Numbered from the stretch's first letter, positions 46,925 to 61,488 are shown. The stretch: DNA of 64,000 nucleotides from Leucoraja ocellata (GCA_036785375.1 JAWMAR010000150.1:3534001-3598000), one strand, 5' to 3'. Notes: a model not told the origin generated them from the letters alone. Numbers and translations: made by a program.

Positions 46925-49689
46925 CCATGGTTTTACCGTGTAGAAATTACAGCTGTGTTTATACATAGAAAATAGGTGCAGTTTATAAATAGAATGAAAA
47001 TTATAAGAAAAGCAAGCTAGGTACTCCTAGAAACATAGAAATTAGGTGCAGGAGTAGGCCATTCGAGCCTGCACCGCCATTCAATATGATCATGGCTGAT
47101 CATCCAACTCAGGATCCTGTACCTGCCTTCTCTCCATACCCCCTGATCCCTTTAGCCACAAGGGCCACATCTAACTCCCTTTTAAACATAGCCAATGAAC
47201 TGGTCTCAACTACAGTTTGTGGCAGAGAATTCCAGAGATTCACCACTGTGTTAAAAATGTTTTTCTCATCTCAGTCCTAAAAGATTTCCCCTTTATCCTT
47301 AAACTGTAACCCCTTGTTCTGGACTTCCCCAACATCGGGAACAATCTTCCTGCATCTAGCCTGTCCAGCCCCTTAAGAATTATGTAAGTTTCCATAAGAT
47401 CCCCCCTCAATCTTCTAAATTCTATCGAGTCTATCCAGTCTTTCTTCATATGACAGTCCTGACATCCCAGGAATCAGTCTGGTAAACCTTCTCTGTACTC
47501 CCTCTATGGCAAGAATGTCCTTCCTCAGATTAGGAGACCAAAACTGTACGCAATACTCCAGGTGTGGTCTCACCAAGACCCTGTACAACTGTAGTAGAAC
47601 CTCCCTGCTCCTATACTCAAATCCTTTTGCTATGAATGCTAACATACCATTCGCTTTCTTCACTGCCTGCTGCACCTGCATGCCTACTTTCAATGACTGG
47701 TGTACCACGACACCCAGATCTCGTTGCATCTCCCCTTTTCCCCAATCGGCCACCATTCAGATAATAGTCTACTTTCCTGTTTTTGCCACCAAAGTGGATA
47801 ACCTCACATTTATCCACATTATACTGCATCTGCCATGCATTTGCCCACTCACCCAGCCTATCCAAGTCACCTTGCAGCCTCCTAGCATCCTCCTCACAGC
47901 TAACACTGCTCCCCAGCTTCGTGTCATCCGCAAACTTGGAGATGTTGCATTCAATTCCCTCGTCCAAATCATTAATATATATTGTAAATAGCTGGGGTCC
48001 CAGTACTGAGCCTTGCGGTACCCTACTAGTCACTGCCTGCCATTCTGAAAAAGCCTCGTTTACTCCTGCTGTTTGCTTCCTGTCTACCAGCCAGTTCTCT
48101 ATCCACATCAATACTGAACCCCCAATGCCGTGTGCTTTAAGTTTGTATACTAATCTCTTATGTGGGACCTTGTCGAAAGCCTTCTAAAAGTCCAGATATA
48201 ACACATCCACTGGTTCTCCCTTATCCACTCTACTAGTTACATCCTGGAAAAATTCTATAAGATTCGTCAGACATGATTTACCTTTCATAAATCCATGCTG
48301 ACTTTGTCCAATGATTTCACCACTTTCCAAATGTGCTGCTATCCCATCTTTAATAACTGACTCTAGCAGTTTCCCCACTACCGATGCTAGACTAACTGGT
48401 CTGTAATTCCCCGTTTTCTATCTCCCTCCCTTTTTAAAAAGTGGGGTTACATTAGCTACCCTCCAATCCTCAGGAACTACTCTAGAATCTAAAGAGTTTT
48501 GAAAATACATAGCCCCACTGATTTAAGGGCACCATAATGTTTGGAACACATGGCTTCACAGGCATTTGTAATTGCTCAGATGTTTAATTGCCTCCTTAAT
48601 GCAGGTATAAGAGAGCTCTCAGCACCTAGTCTTTCCTCCAGTCTTTCCATCACCTTTGGAAACTTTTATTGCTGTTTCTCAACACGAGGACCAAAGTTGT
48701 GCCAATGAACGTCAAAGAAGCCATTATGAGACTGAGAAACAAGATTAAAACTGAGACATCAGCCAAACCTTAGGCGTACCAAATTCAACTGTTTGGAACA
48801 TTATTAAGAAGAGCTTACTAATGGCAAAAGGACTGTCAGGTCAAGGAAGACCTCCACGGTTGATGACAGAAGAATTCGCTCTGTAATAAAGAAAAATCAC
48901 CAAACACCTGTCTGACAGATCAAAAATGCTCTTCAGGAGTCAGGTGTGGATTTGTCAATGACCACTGTCTGCAGAAGACTTCATGAACAGAAATACAAAG
49001 GCTACATAGGAATCAAGAGGCTAACAGTTGATGATACAACTGCTGATGGTAGTAGCATAATGAATTCTGAAGTGTATAGACACATCCTATCTGCTCAAGT
49101 TGAAACAAATGCCTCAAAACTCATTGGCCGGCAGTTCATTGACAATGGAAAACAATGATCCCAAACATACTGCTAAAGCAACAAATGAGATTTTCAAAGC
49201 TAAAAAATGGTAAATTCTTGAGTGGCCAAGTCAATCACCCGACCTGAATCCAATTGAGCATGCCTTTTATATGCTGAAGGGAAAACCGAAGGGAACTAGC
49301 CCCCAAAACAAGCATAAGCTAGAGATGGCTGCAATACAGGCCTGGCAGAGCATCACCAGGGAAGACACCCAGCAACTGGTGATGTCCATGAATCGCAGAC
49401 TTCAAGCAGTCATTGCATGGAAAGGATATGCAACAAAATATTAAACACGACTGCTTTCATTTACATGACATTGCTGTGCCCCAAACATTATGGTGCCCTG
49501 AAATGGGGCACCATAATGTTTGTAATTTCTCCATCGTGAAACCAAAATGTATAAAAATGGCCTTTATTAAAATCTGACTATGTGCACTTTAACCACATGT
49601 GATTTTTTTTCTATTACAAATCTCAAATTGTGGAGTACAGAGACAAATAAATAAATGTGTCTTTGTCCCAAACATTACGAAGGGCACTG
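46925..49689 (+). mobile_element. Degenerate Tc1-family DNA transposon (left end partial, interrupted by CR1)
   Basis: Transposase remnants (NSTVWNIIKK, NDPKHTAKAT, WPSQSPDLNPIE); right TIR ends ...GGGCACTG|TA. Confidence 0.88.
46969..48504 (-). mobile_element. 5'-truncated CR1 LINE (RT) inserted in a Tc1 terminal repeat
   Basis: SQHGF, VPQGSVLGP, FADD, RPHLEYCVQFWSP; flanking ATACATAG at 46961-46968 and 48505-48512. Confidence 0.92.
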
Positions 49690-51354
49690 TATAATCGGGT
49701 TAGAGTCATAGAGTGATAGTGTGGAAACAGGCCATTCTGCCCAACTTGCCCACACCGGCCAACAATGTCCCAGCTACACTAGTCCCACTTGCCTGTGTTT
49801 GGTCCATATCCCCCCCCAAACTAGTCCTATCCATGTACCTGCCTAACTGTTTATTAAACAATGGGATAGTCCCAGCCTCAACTACCTCCTCTGGCAGCTT
49901 GTTCCATACACCTACCCCCCTTTCTGTGCCAATGATGCATAGCTGCAAGTTAATGACTGGTGAATGCGTTTGGAATCCCACTGTATAGAGTACATTTATA
50001 TTTCAGTCTTTCTAGTCAGATGCAAAAAACATCTAAAATAACAGCAATGAGATGCAGCTGGGCAAAACTGACGGAAAATCTCTTAAAAACATTTCAATGA
50101 AAACTGCACAACAGTTTGGATACCAGAAGTCTAGATCATTCTACAGTTAAAGATTTCACTCCTAGGTATGAAACAACTTTTCATTACTTTTACAGGCTAG
50201 GAACTACTCAATTCAGAGCAAAAGTTAATTTTCCATGCTTTTTACCTCCAACCTCTGGATGCATCTTTTCATATTGATACAATGACAACAATAGAAAAAA
50301 ACCCAGCTGTGCATACAAGCCTAATGGATGCAGATTATTGAATCAGAAAATAAACAAGGTAGTGCTTTTTCACATCTGTGTCATCAACAAACTATGTCAA
50401 TACAAACTGTACTTTTGGACACCGATAATTTTCAACAAAACTTATATTCCCCCAATACACTTGACTGAATGGTCAATAAGCTGCTCTAACTCCATCACAT
50501 GTTTGAAGATAATAACATTATGGGCCGGATCTCCAACAACAATAAGATGAAGTACAGGAAAGAGATACGAGCGGTCAAGACCTTTCCCTCAATGCCAGCA
50601 AAACAAAGGAGCTGATCGACTTCAGGAAGGGGATAAGTACGCATCCTAGTTTCTATCAATGGTGCTGAAGTGGAGATGGTCAAGAGTTTCAAGCTCCGGT
50701 GCAAATATAACCAGTTAGTCTTGGTCCACCAACCACATTGATGCTATATACACAAGAAAGCACACCAATGTCTTTACTTCCTCAGAAAGACAAGTAATCT
50801 CTCCAAAATATCCTTGGTAAACTAGTGCCCAAGAAACCAAAATAAAATTTCCAATTTAGACTTGCATTTATTCCATAAACCTGGATGCAGTTGTCTATTT
50901 TTGCACCATGCACATGTGTTTTATAAACTGCTTCATGGACTTGCCCTCCCTTTTTTTTTTTTAATCAATCCATATACCCCTTCTCTGCAACTTAATTTAC
51001 AGATACAAGGTTTTTTTTTTAAAGAAAGGCAACTAGAAACTACAAGGTGACTAATTTTGAATACATTGAAATTAGGTAGAACCAGTTGCTGGAAGGAAAA
51101 GGAATACATCTTAGCAGAATTTCTGAATGAACTAAAAACTATTATAAAAACTATTTATAATTTCTGAACTGTTTCTTTCCAGGAAATTATATTTGTACAA
51201 AAGTATGTTATTAATGATCAAGCAAACTATCGTACCTGAAGAGGCAAAAACAAAAACCGACTTATATACTTCAATACCATGTGAAACTTGCCAATTGCAA
51301 GACTGGTTAAATTCAGTCCTGCTTTTATAAATAAAAACCCACTGCAATTATTAT

Positions 51355-51672
51355 TTAGTTTAGTTTCAAGATGCAGCGCGGAAACAGGCCTTCCGGCCCA
51401 CCGAGCCCGCACCGACTTGTGATCCCTGCACATTAAAACTATCCTAATACTAGGGACTATTTATACTTATACCGGGTATACAAACCCAAGCCAATGAACC
51501 TACAAACCTGTGCTTATTTGGAGTGTGGGAGGGATTTGAAGATCTCGGAGAAAACCCACGCAGTCACAGGAAAAACGTACAAACTCCGTACAGACAGCAT
51601 CTGTGGTTGGGATCGAACCCGCGCCTCTTGCGCTGCAAGGCAGCAACTCAACCGCTGCGCCACCGTACCGCC
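51355..51672 (-). mobile_element. tRNA-derived V-SINE, second copy
   Basis: Reverse-complement homolog of 25490-25790 with an (ACTAA)n tail. Confidence 0.85.
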
Positions 51673-51827
51673 CCATTTCAAAGTGAAATTTCCATAGAAC
51701 GGACACTTTTTGGATACTATATATAGGGTGACCCATCCCGAGCAAAATGCAGAAGATTGGTGGATGCCAATGGTAATTTTTGTAACAATGTTTACGTTTC
51801 ATCTTTTAGAACAAAGGTTAAACTTAC

Positions 51828-51920
51828 CCTTACTTCACCACCTTCCCTCCGTGGATCATGTTTTTTTGAAAAGTGCCGCAAATTGTCATAATTATGGAAG
51901 TTAAATAACGAGACAAGATC
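51828..51920 (-). CDS. GLS: Glutaminase exon 14, last exon shared by KGA and GAC ([31 protein letters not shown])
   Basis: 93 bp, AG/GT flanks. Confidence 0.97.
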
Positions 51921-52879
51921 CTAAAAATTGAGAAAATCTGGATTTAATTGACTATTCCAAATATTTTTAAATTAACTACATTATAAATTCACAAACTGCT
52001 TATATTGCAGAAAGATTTAATGCTATAAATGCATGATATACATATTCTGGTGCAGAAACCATAACTTCTTTTTTTAGTTTGGTAGTTGAGAACATACACT
52101 GGAAATGCAAAATGGTACACTTTAAAAGCCTTTAGCACTGCCATCATTGTCCTCCTTTCACACACTGGTTATATCAATAACCTCCCAGCACATCCCCATC
52201 AAGGTCAAGAGCATCTGAAGCATGAAAAGACAGAAAAAAAGATCACTCAGAATGCTCTGCATCTAAGCAGGGAGCAGGGGAAAAGGTTGATCAGATAGAG
52301 CACCAAAGTCATCTGGGGATTTAAGGATCTTCTCCACCCCCCAGACATTTAGCAATTTTGACTCAACAGAAAGAACTAAGCAAATTAAGGTTCAGCTAGA
52401 TACAAAAAAAAGGTTTACTGAGCTGGAACCTTTCTTAGTGAATATCCCATAAATAATATCTCGATGCAATTCATTGTATTGTTTGTTTATGCCTGCTTGC
52501 AAAAATGTGTATACTCCCTGATCTCTTAGATCACTTATGACATAAGCATAATATGTTGGGCCTGGTCTCACTGTATTCAGAGGCAATCTAACAGGACCAA
52601 TTCTTACTGGGATTGACATATTGGCTGGAGTCAAAATCTCTGAACAACGATTGGGGCATTTGGATTGAGGAAAAGATCTACCCCTGCAAGCGAGCAAGCT
52701 TTGGAGCTCTCTCCCCAAAAGGATTATAGAATCATATACATTTTTGGACGGACGGGAAAAAAAGTCAGTACAAGTAAACAATGTAAAAAAAATGAGTCCA
52801 GATTTTATTGAACACTAGAGGCCAGAGGAATAACTCATGTTATATTACTCCCAACAAAATTATTTTGAATTTAGAATTT

Positions 52880-54135
52880 ATATTAATGATTTAGACGGGG
52901 GAATTAAATGTAACATCTCCAAGTTTGTGGATGACACAAAGCTGGGTGGCAATGTGAGCTGCGAGGAGGATGCTTGAGCCTGCAGGGTGACTCGGATAGG
53001 TTGGGTGAGTGGGCAGATGCAGTATAATGTGGATAAATGTGATGTTACCTACTTTGGTGGCAAGAACAGGAAGGCAGATTTTCTGAATGGTGTCAAATTA
53101 GGAAAAGAGGAGGTGCATCGAGACCCATGTGTCCTTGTACATCAGTCACTGAAAATAAGCATGCAGTGAAGAAAGCTTATGGCATGTTGGCCTTCATTGC
53201 GAGACGATTTAAGTTTAGGATCAAGGAGGTTCTACTGCAGTTGCACAGGGCTCTGGTGAGACCGTACCTGGAGTATTGTGTACAGTTTTGGTCTCCTAAT
53301 TTTTTTGAGGAAGGACATTATTGCTATTGAGAGAGCGCAGCATAGGTTCACCCGATTAATTACCAGGAAGGCGGGATTGACATATGATGAAAGAATGGGT
53401 TGACTGGGCTTGTATTTAGAAGGATGAGAGGGATTCTTATAGAAACATATAAAATTCTTAAGGGATTAGACAGGCTAGATGCACAAAAAGGTTTCCCGAT
53501 GTTGGGGAAGTCCAGAACCAAGGGTCACAGTTTAACACAAACTGTGTTTAACTCAAACAAGAGGACATGACTTCAGAATTAAGGGACAGAAGTTTAGGGG
53601 TAACATGAGGGGGAACTTCTTTACTCAGAGAGTGGTAACGGTGTGGAATGAGCTTCCAGTGGAAGTGGTGGAGGCAGGTTCGTTAGTATCATTTAAAAAT
53701 AAATTGAATAGGCATATGGATGAGAAGGGAATGGAGGGTTATGGTATGAGTGCAGGCAGGTGGGACGAAGGGAAAAAAAGTTGTTCGGCACGGACTTGTA
53801 GGGCCGAGATGGCCTGTTTCCGTGCTGTAATTGTTATATGGTTATATGGTTTAACAATGAGGGGTAGGCCATTTAGGACTGATAAGTGGAAAAAGGTCCA
53901 CCCAGATAGTTGTGAATCTGTGGAATTTTCTGCCAGAGAAGGCAGTGGATGCCAATTCACTGGATGTTTTCAAGAGTTAGATTTATCTCATCGGGCTAAC
54001 AGAATCAAGGGATATGGGGAAAAAGCAGGAACGGGGTACTGATTTTGGATGATCAGCCACGATCATATTGAATGGCGGTGATGGCTCGAAGGGCCGAATG
54101 GCCTACTCCTGCACCTATTTTCTATGATTCTATGT
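52880..54135 (+). mobile_element. CR1 LINE RT and 3' fragments (two nested 3' ends)
   Basis: ISKFVDDTKL, RPYLEYCVQFWSP; two subfamily tails; directly abuts the exon 13 donor region. Confidence 0.9.
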
Positions 54136-54165
54136 CATTCATTCAACATCTGTCGTTGCACTTAC

Positions 54166-54297
54166 CTGACAAAACTGAATACCCCTCACACTGTTGCCAA
54201 GTTTGTCCAAAGGTGGAGACCAACACATAATGCCCATCACATTTGGCACTACCAGCAAAATGCCTCCTGAAACTCCAGATTTTGCTGGAAGACCCAC
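54166..54297 (-). CDS. GLS: Glutaminase exon 13 ([44 protein letters not shown])
   Basis: 132 bp, AG/GT flanks, PAKSGV and SPPLD..GNS motifs. Confidence 0.98.
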
Positions 54298-55411
54298 CTG
54301 TTAAAACCAAAAAACTTTTAAAAATACTTCATTGGCACTAAAAAGGAAGGTTTCCACTTGAAAAGGCATATTTTCACAAAAGAACCACCAAAAGACTCAG
54401 GAACATATTACATGGCATATTATAGTAGTAAATGAGCAATGTGCTGAGCAATGCAGAAATAAGTTGTAACAAATGAAGACTGGCCTGCACCAAATTTGGC
54501 CACTGCAATGTTAATTGACAATCGAAATTCATCAGTATCAAATCTGTAGCTTTGCGGGCAACATTAAAACTCAAAGTTTGTGGATGAAAAAGTTCAGAAG
54601 CGTGGCGAGCATTAGGGTATTGAATCTCCAATTATATTGAATGGACAAAATAAAAAAACATTAATGTTGAAAAGTGTGAATTGATAAAAAAAAAGTGGAC
54701 ACTACATAAACTACATTGCGCATTTCCAGAGGCTCTGCAGAAACAGAGACACTTGCGAGGGTCCACGTGCAAAGATTTTTTAATGGAATGGAATTTTAAA
54801 AGTATTTAGTATTGCATACTAGTAATGAATTAGTAACGAATCCAATGTAATGAGCATCCAAAAACAAGGATTCCAGTCGGTAGTTTATTGTGCCCATTTC
54901 TGGTCAGCACACTTTAGAAAGCATGCAAACATCATATACAGACCAGAAGTAATTTAGTCAAATGGCCCCAGGAATGAAGGATTTCAGCTACAAGGTTAAA
55001 ATGGAAAACCTGGGCAACCCCTTTACAGCAAAGATTGAGAGGAGATTTGAAAGGTGTGTGGAAAGTAACAGGTTGCTCCAAGTCAGTGCTAGCTGGTTTA
55101 GAGGGTGTGATATTGTTTAATTTATAGCAGAGTCAAGGGATATGGGGAGAAGGCAGGAAAGCAAAAGGCAGTAAAGACTCCATCTTTTAACATGATATAA
55201 TTTATATAAGATGTTGGTGAGGCCACATTTAAGACTGTTGTGTACAGTTTTGGGCACCATGTTATAGGCAAGATGTTAAGTTGGAAAAGGGTGCTGAGAA
55301 GATTTACGAGGATGTTGCCAGGACAAGGGCCTGAGCTCTAGGGAGAAATAGAACAGGCTAGGACTCTATTCGTTGGAGAGTAGGAGGATAAGGGGTGATC
55401 TTATAGAAGTG

Positions 55412-57945
55412 CAGTGGCAGACCTACATTTTTGGGGCCATGAAGCTTGAACTCTTATGGGGGCCCCTTCCCAACCAGCAACGAGGTCTGGGTAACCACTG
55501 TTATCTTCTTCAATGAGGTTCTTTCACGACAGATCACCACAAATTTTAATTTCCGTCATAAATGTTAATAGTGTTTTAAATTATTTATAATTCTTTTATA
55601 TTAAATATTTAGAATGAAACATCCTGAATTTGAACTTTTCTTTTGTTTACGGCTAGGCTACATGATACTTTAATAACCTTTTAATTTTTATTTTAACTAT
55701 TATTTTGTATTGAATTACACTATATTATTAATATTATTATTTTTAGAAAAAGCAATGTGGACTAAGCATGATATTCACCTCAAGAAAAAAAGTAGGAAGT
55801 ATTGGCAGGGGGTCCAGGAGGCTGGCTAGGCCCCCGGTGGGGGTTGAGGGGGCAACGTCCCTTGAAGCTCCTGCATTTTCAATAAATTGAAAGTGATTCT
55901 CATGCTTTCTGCTGGTAGTTTACATAACAGAAGCATAATTTTTCTAACGCATGAGGGATAAGATGATTAAACCACCATCATTGTGAGGGGCCGAGTGATT
56001 GTAGCCACCGACCTTGTGATGGGCCGAGTAGTTGGAATCACCAACCTTGTGATTCAAACAAACTGTTACTGTCCTTCAGAGCTGTTGATAACATTGTAGA
56101 ATAACAAGATGAGGTAAGGAATGTAGCTGACAACACAGAAGCTAGTGTTTAGGTCAAAGGCAATTAAGTAGGTTAGGGCAACAGCGACTGAGCATGCTTA
56201 ATGAAATAAATGAATATTAACTTTACGCCCCTCATGACAAAGAACCTAATTTAAATGTACATGCGATGTATGATGTGGGAGAAGAGGGAATGATTGATGA
56301 CGCACGGAGGGGAGGGTTGGAAGATTGTGAACCTCGGTACCCTGATTGGAAGGGGTCAGAGGCGTCCGATCAATAAAGACTGTATAATGAATTGTATAAA
56401 AATAGACGTTTTTCCTTTGCTCGGGGTGTCTCAACTTGGAGAGGCACCCGATTCTGAAGACTCGCAAATAAAGCATTTCTTGTTTCCACGATTTAGTCTC
56501 TGAGTAATGATTGTGAGCACAAACTATATCTCACACACATAAACAGTAAAATAACCCCAAAAGATATTTCATGAAATAGACAAATTAGACAATAGGTGCA
56601 GGAGTAGGCCATTCGGCCCTTCGAGCCAGCACCGCCATTCATTGTGATCATGGCTGATCATCCACAATCAGTACCCCATTCCTGCCCCATATCCCTTGAT
56701 TCTGCTATCTTTAAGAGCTCCATCTATCTCTCACTTGAAAGCCTCCAGAGAATTGGCCTCCACTGCCTTCTGAGGCAGAGCATTCCACAGATTCACAACT
56801 CTCTGGGTGAAAAAGTATTTCCTCATCTCCATTCTAAATGGCCTACCCCTTATTCTTAAACTGTGGCCCCTGGTTCTGAACTCTCCCAGCATTGGAAACA
56901 TGTTTCCTGCCTCTAGCATGTCCAAACCCTTAATAATCTTATATGTTTCAATAAATGACATCATACAGCTAAAAAAATCTTTACAAAAAATGTTACCTGA
57001 AATGTCTCTTTGCCTAGCACGGAGATGAAAAAAAAAACTTTGTCACCCAGTTGTGAATTTGTGAAATTCTCTGCCACAGAAGGCAGTGGTCTCGTCTCCT
57101 TCAGCAGCACCTCGGACTCCCTTCCTGAGCTCAGACACCCACTTCTCCTCACCTCACCTACGCTCACTTCACCTCACCTCACCTACGCTCACTTCCCCTT
57201 ACGTACACACCTCGACTAATCCCCTCGCCTCACTAAACCTCTCGCCTCGACGATACCTCACTACCAAACTTCTCTTCACACCTAAACCTCGCCTCAACTA
57301 AATCGTACCTCACTAACCCTCGCTCCTCAAATAAACCTCACCTCACATCTTCCCACCTCAACTTAACTAAATCTCCCACCTCACAAATAAACTCCACCTC
57401 ACAACTAAACCTCCCACCTCACAACTAAACCTCACCTCACACCTAATCCACGGCTCGACTAATCGCCGCCTCTCTCCCGCTAGTTATATCCCCCCCCCCC
57501 AGGCAGCGCTTCACGTAAGCGGAATGGCTCCATCCAGGGGGGCGGGGTCGAGTGCGGAGAGCGGCGCAGGCGCACTGGCCGAGAGAGCCAGTGGGAGGGG
57601 AGGGATGTCGAGTCCAAGCCCTGCGTCCCCCAGCGGCGACCGTAGCCCCTCTCCACAGGAGCGGGAGAGAGGCGGCGATTTGTCAAGGTGGGAGGTTTAG
57701 TCAAGGCGAGGTTTAGCGAGTTGAGGTTTAAGTGTAGGGTGAAGTTTAGTTGCGGCGAGGGGTTTAGTCGAGGTGAAAAATCAGATTCATTTCTAGGAAG
57801 ACAAAAACATCGGAATTGCGATTTAAATCGGAATTCCGATCTAAATCGGAAGAATATATCTGGACTAAAGTCGCTTCTGGGGCCTCTCTGGGATTAGGGG
57901 TCCTGAAGCTTAAGCTTCATTAGTTTCATAGTAGATCAGCCCCTG
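55412..57945. mobile_element. Non-autonomous hAT-like DNA transposon with nested inserts, splitting an older CR1
   Basis: TIRs CAGTGGCAGACCTAC and GTAGATCAGCCCCTG (12/15 match); TSD TAGAAGTG / TAGAAATG; CR1 coding sequence (RGDLIE|YKIVRGID) resumes across it. Confidence 0.8.
56580..56952 (-). mobile_element. CR1 LINE 3' end nested in the hAT element
   Basis: ORF 56731..56964 (IETYKIIKGLD..RTRGHSL..FFTQRVVNLWNALP). Confidence 0.88.
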
Positions 57946-58957
57946 TAGAAATGTACAAAATCGTGAGAGGAATAGATCAGGTAAATGCACAGTTTCTTGC
58001 CCAGAGTAGGAGAAATAGAGAATAGAGGTCATAGTTTCAAGGTGGGGGGAAGATTTAACAGGAACCTAAGAGGCAACATTTTTTCTTCTTTTCTTTTTAA
58101 AGGGTGGTGCGTACATGGAACGAACCGTCAGAGGTATTTGAGGCGGGTGCTATTGCAACATTTAAGAAACATTTAGATAAGTACACAAATGGGTTAGCTT
58201 TAGAGAGAAATGGGCCAAACACAGGCAGGTGGGACATTTAGATTGAACATGTTGGGCCGATGGGCCTGTTTCCACACTGTATAACTATGGCCTTACAACC
58301 CTCAAGGTGAAAGGATACAGTTGTTTTTTTGGTTTGTGGGGTAGGTGGAAGAAACAGGTACAAAATAATTAATAGAGAAGGATTTTTTTAAATACAGACA
58401 CTAAGTAATATCAATCTAGAGTCAACTGCCTATTGTGCCAGAAACAGGATTATTCAATTGTCCTTTAAGGTAGGATGATTTTCATGTTATGTGGAAAGAG
58501 CACAAAGGAGGGGCTCACAAAATTCTTCAACATGAAAGTCAGTGCAGATTTGAAGCAACTAGCTTCTTTCCCCACCATGAATCATTTCAATAAGGAAATG
58601 CTTGAAATAGTAATCTGCTCTATTTGATGTTCAGAGTCTGTAGCAGCTACACAATTAATGAATCCGATTTCATTTTTGAATGCTTCTCAATAAAACAGAA
58701 CAGTAGTTTCAAAATTCATAAATACCCCTGGTCAGAACTATTGCAAAATAGCTGGTGATTTTTGTAAAAGTGCCTTTTAAAAAACAAAGCTGTACAGAAT
58801 GTTCAGAATTAGCCTAACAAAATGTCATCACATGCCTCAAACAACCAATTTATTCCTTTCATGGTCAACAAGACTATCCATATTAAAATTATATATAAGA
58901 AAGATGCTCTAAATTGAATGCTTTGCTAATTCTAGTGAAAATTAAATGTATACTTAC

Positions 58958-59134
58958 ATGAAAGGCAAACTGCCCTGAGAAGTCATACATGCCACATGAA
59001 TGCATCAGACTCAATGTATTCCTAACAGCCTCTGGACTCAGAACTCTCTCTCCTGTGATTGGACAGATGCCACCATTGGCCAGTGTTGCTGCCATTACAC
59101 TGGCTGATTCACAGGTTACTTCAATGGAACACAG
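58958..59134 (-). CDS. GLS: Glutaminase exon 12 ([22 protein letters not shown]...[14 protein letters not shown])
   Basis: 177 bp, AG/GT flanks, conserved CGMYD motif; overlaps ORF 58889..59095. Confidence 0.98.
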
Positions 59135-61380
59135 CTACACAGAATAAATAGTAGTTAGTTTCTCCATTTTTAAATACATCTTCAGACCAAACGTGTGCTT
59201 GTGGGCAGACGGATGAGAATCAGGGAGATAAAACACTTCCAAGACAAAATATGGCGCCTAATTTTAACATTCAGTTAACTTTAACACACACACACACAAA
59301 AAGGTGTTTACATGTAACTGTCTCCAAGGGCAAAAGGTTCTGTTGTTCTAAGCCCACCTAGTAACTGGAGCTCTAAGAGTTGTTTGTCCCCAAGTTAATA
59401 AAGACAATTCATTAGTGCTAATCTTCAATTAGGAATATTAAACCGTTAGATTTTTATTTTAGACTTCCAGCTTGTTTCAGAACCAGAGTCCAAGTCATAG
59501 AAATTTATAATACCGAAAGTGGCCACTTGATCTAATGAAATAAATAGCACTGCCAAGTCTAATAAACATATATTTTTGAATTGGATGCTGGAAATGTGAA
59601 ATAAAACAATGTTGGAAGCACTCAGGTCAGCCAACATTGGTGGAAAGAGAAGCAGCTAACGTTTTATATCAAAGAGACAGTTAAAATAAGGAAAGAGCAA
59701 AAGCAGTTTTTGGGATGGATATACAAAGGGATGGATATACAAAGGGAACATCGGTGATCCGGTGATATCAGGTTTCCAATGGGCATGAATCATCCAGCCC
59801 TAGGCAATAAGGGATATTATGTTTCTTTGTGTTACTGTTGCATTGCTGTGTTGTGGAACATGGCCAGCAGGTCACATAGCACTGGAGAAAAATTGAGCCA
59901 ATAATCACAGATAGACAACTTGCAGAGAAATAGCCTGTTCAGATACAAAACAAATTCAATATTGTGCCCAGGTGGAAGACAAGATGTCGCTCCTCAAGCC
60001 TGCATTGGGCTCCGCCGTAACAGTGCAGGAGGCCACCATGAACGTGAGGCAACAAGCTGAGGATTGACCCTGCAGACTGGACACAGGTGTCCTGTAATGT
60101 AATTACTCTATCTGTACGGATTCTAAACGTACAAAGTCCTGAACATATTGCAGCCCTTCCAGACTACACAGAACTTTAACTTCAGTTAACTTGACTTTTC
60201 TGCTGGTTTGAGAACGATGAGCGATCCATCAAAAATATTGGGTTAACTTTTCTCCTTTAATAAAGCCTGACTTGCTGAGCAAGTCCCACACCATGCTTTT
60301 GACGATTCATAACACATGTCCAATTGCACACATTAAACCATGTTATTGTGATTTTTTTCCCATGGTAATCCTGATCACATATTGTCATAGATATTCCTTT
60401 TGTTCTATTCATACCTCCGGTCACTTTCAGTGTATGTTAAAACTACCTCTTGTAACTATTTTCCCAGTTCTTTGACCCAAAATATTCAAGTTCCCCTTGG
60501 CTTCACGGACGTCCATAACCTCCTTCCCTTCAAAGATTGTACTGGTAAGTTGTTATTGCACTATTCTACCAATTAACATGTAACAGTAAAGTTAAGAATC
60601 ATAACCAAGACTAATCCTACCCTCAAGCTATAGGTAAATTTGTATTTTCCAGTGGTGTCAGGCAGATCAGGGATCTCGAGCAATAAACAAGCTCTGAAGG
60701 TAATGAGTGGGTCATCTGTGGAGGGAATGGACAGACGACATTTTATGTCATGAAGATGCTTCTTCAGACCGAGTGGAGCAGAAAGGGAAAAATAGATTGG
60801 GGTGGGTCGTAGCTTTGCAAGTGATAGGTGGATACAGTTAGGGAAGAGTGGTTGCCAGATGGGTGGAGTAAGTAACAAAGGCTAGGGGATGAAAAGGAGA
60901 CAAAAGGGTGTCAGATAAGGTAATAAGAAGAGGAGTGAAAATGTAAAGCTGGAGGAGGGATAAGGGTGAAGGCACAGGAGATAAAAGTGAAATATGAGAT
61001 GCGGGGATGGGTGATGAGCAGAGAGCAGGGGAAAGTAGCAAGGTGACAGGTGGTAGGAGAAATGTGTGAACTGGTGTTAGGGTGGGGGGTGGGGGAGGGA
61101 GGTGAAGTTTCCAGCTTCTGCAGTTTCTTGTGTCTCCAGATCGGGGATCTTGACCTTGAGTTTTACTTATTGGCTTAGTTCAACAAATCCAGTCACATTG
61201 TAGCTAATCTTGGATTCACTGTATTTTAAATGCCGGATGCAAAACAAGAAATTAAATGTTTTACAACATAATAGATTAGCACCACACACCAATTCAAATA
61301 TAAAACTGAAATAATAAACATCATTGATCTAAGTGTTGTCAGATATAGTTTTATAGTTTGTTGTTAGTAAAACTACTCAC

Positions 61381-61431
61381 CTGAAAATAGAAATCAAGTA
61401 CACCAGTCATATCACTGCCTTCTGGAAAACA
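61381..61431 (-). CDS. GLS: Glutaminase exon 11 (CFPEGSDMTGVLDFYFQ)
   Basis: 51 bp, AG/GT flanks, in phase with neighbouring exons. Confidence 0.97.
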
Positions 61432-61488
61432 CTAAAGATTTTACAAAAATTAGTCATTTGGATCTTCAATGATTGGAACATTAATCCC

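Noticed and set aside
56048-56535. Possible solo LTR (TATA-like motif, AATAAA, ends in CA)
   Set aside because: No convincing 5' boundary or TSD could be defined.
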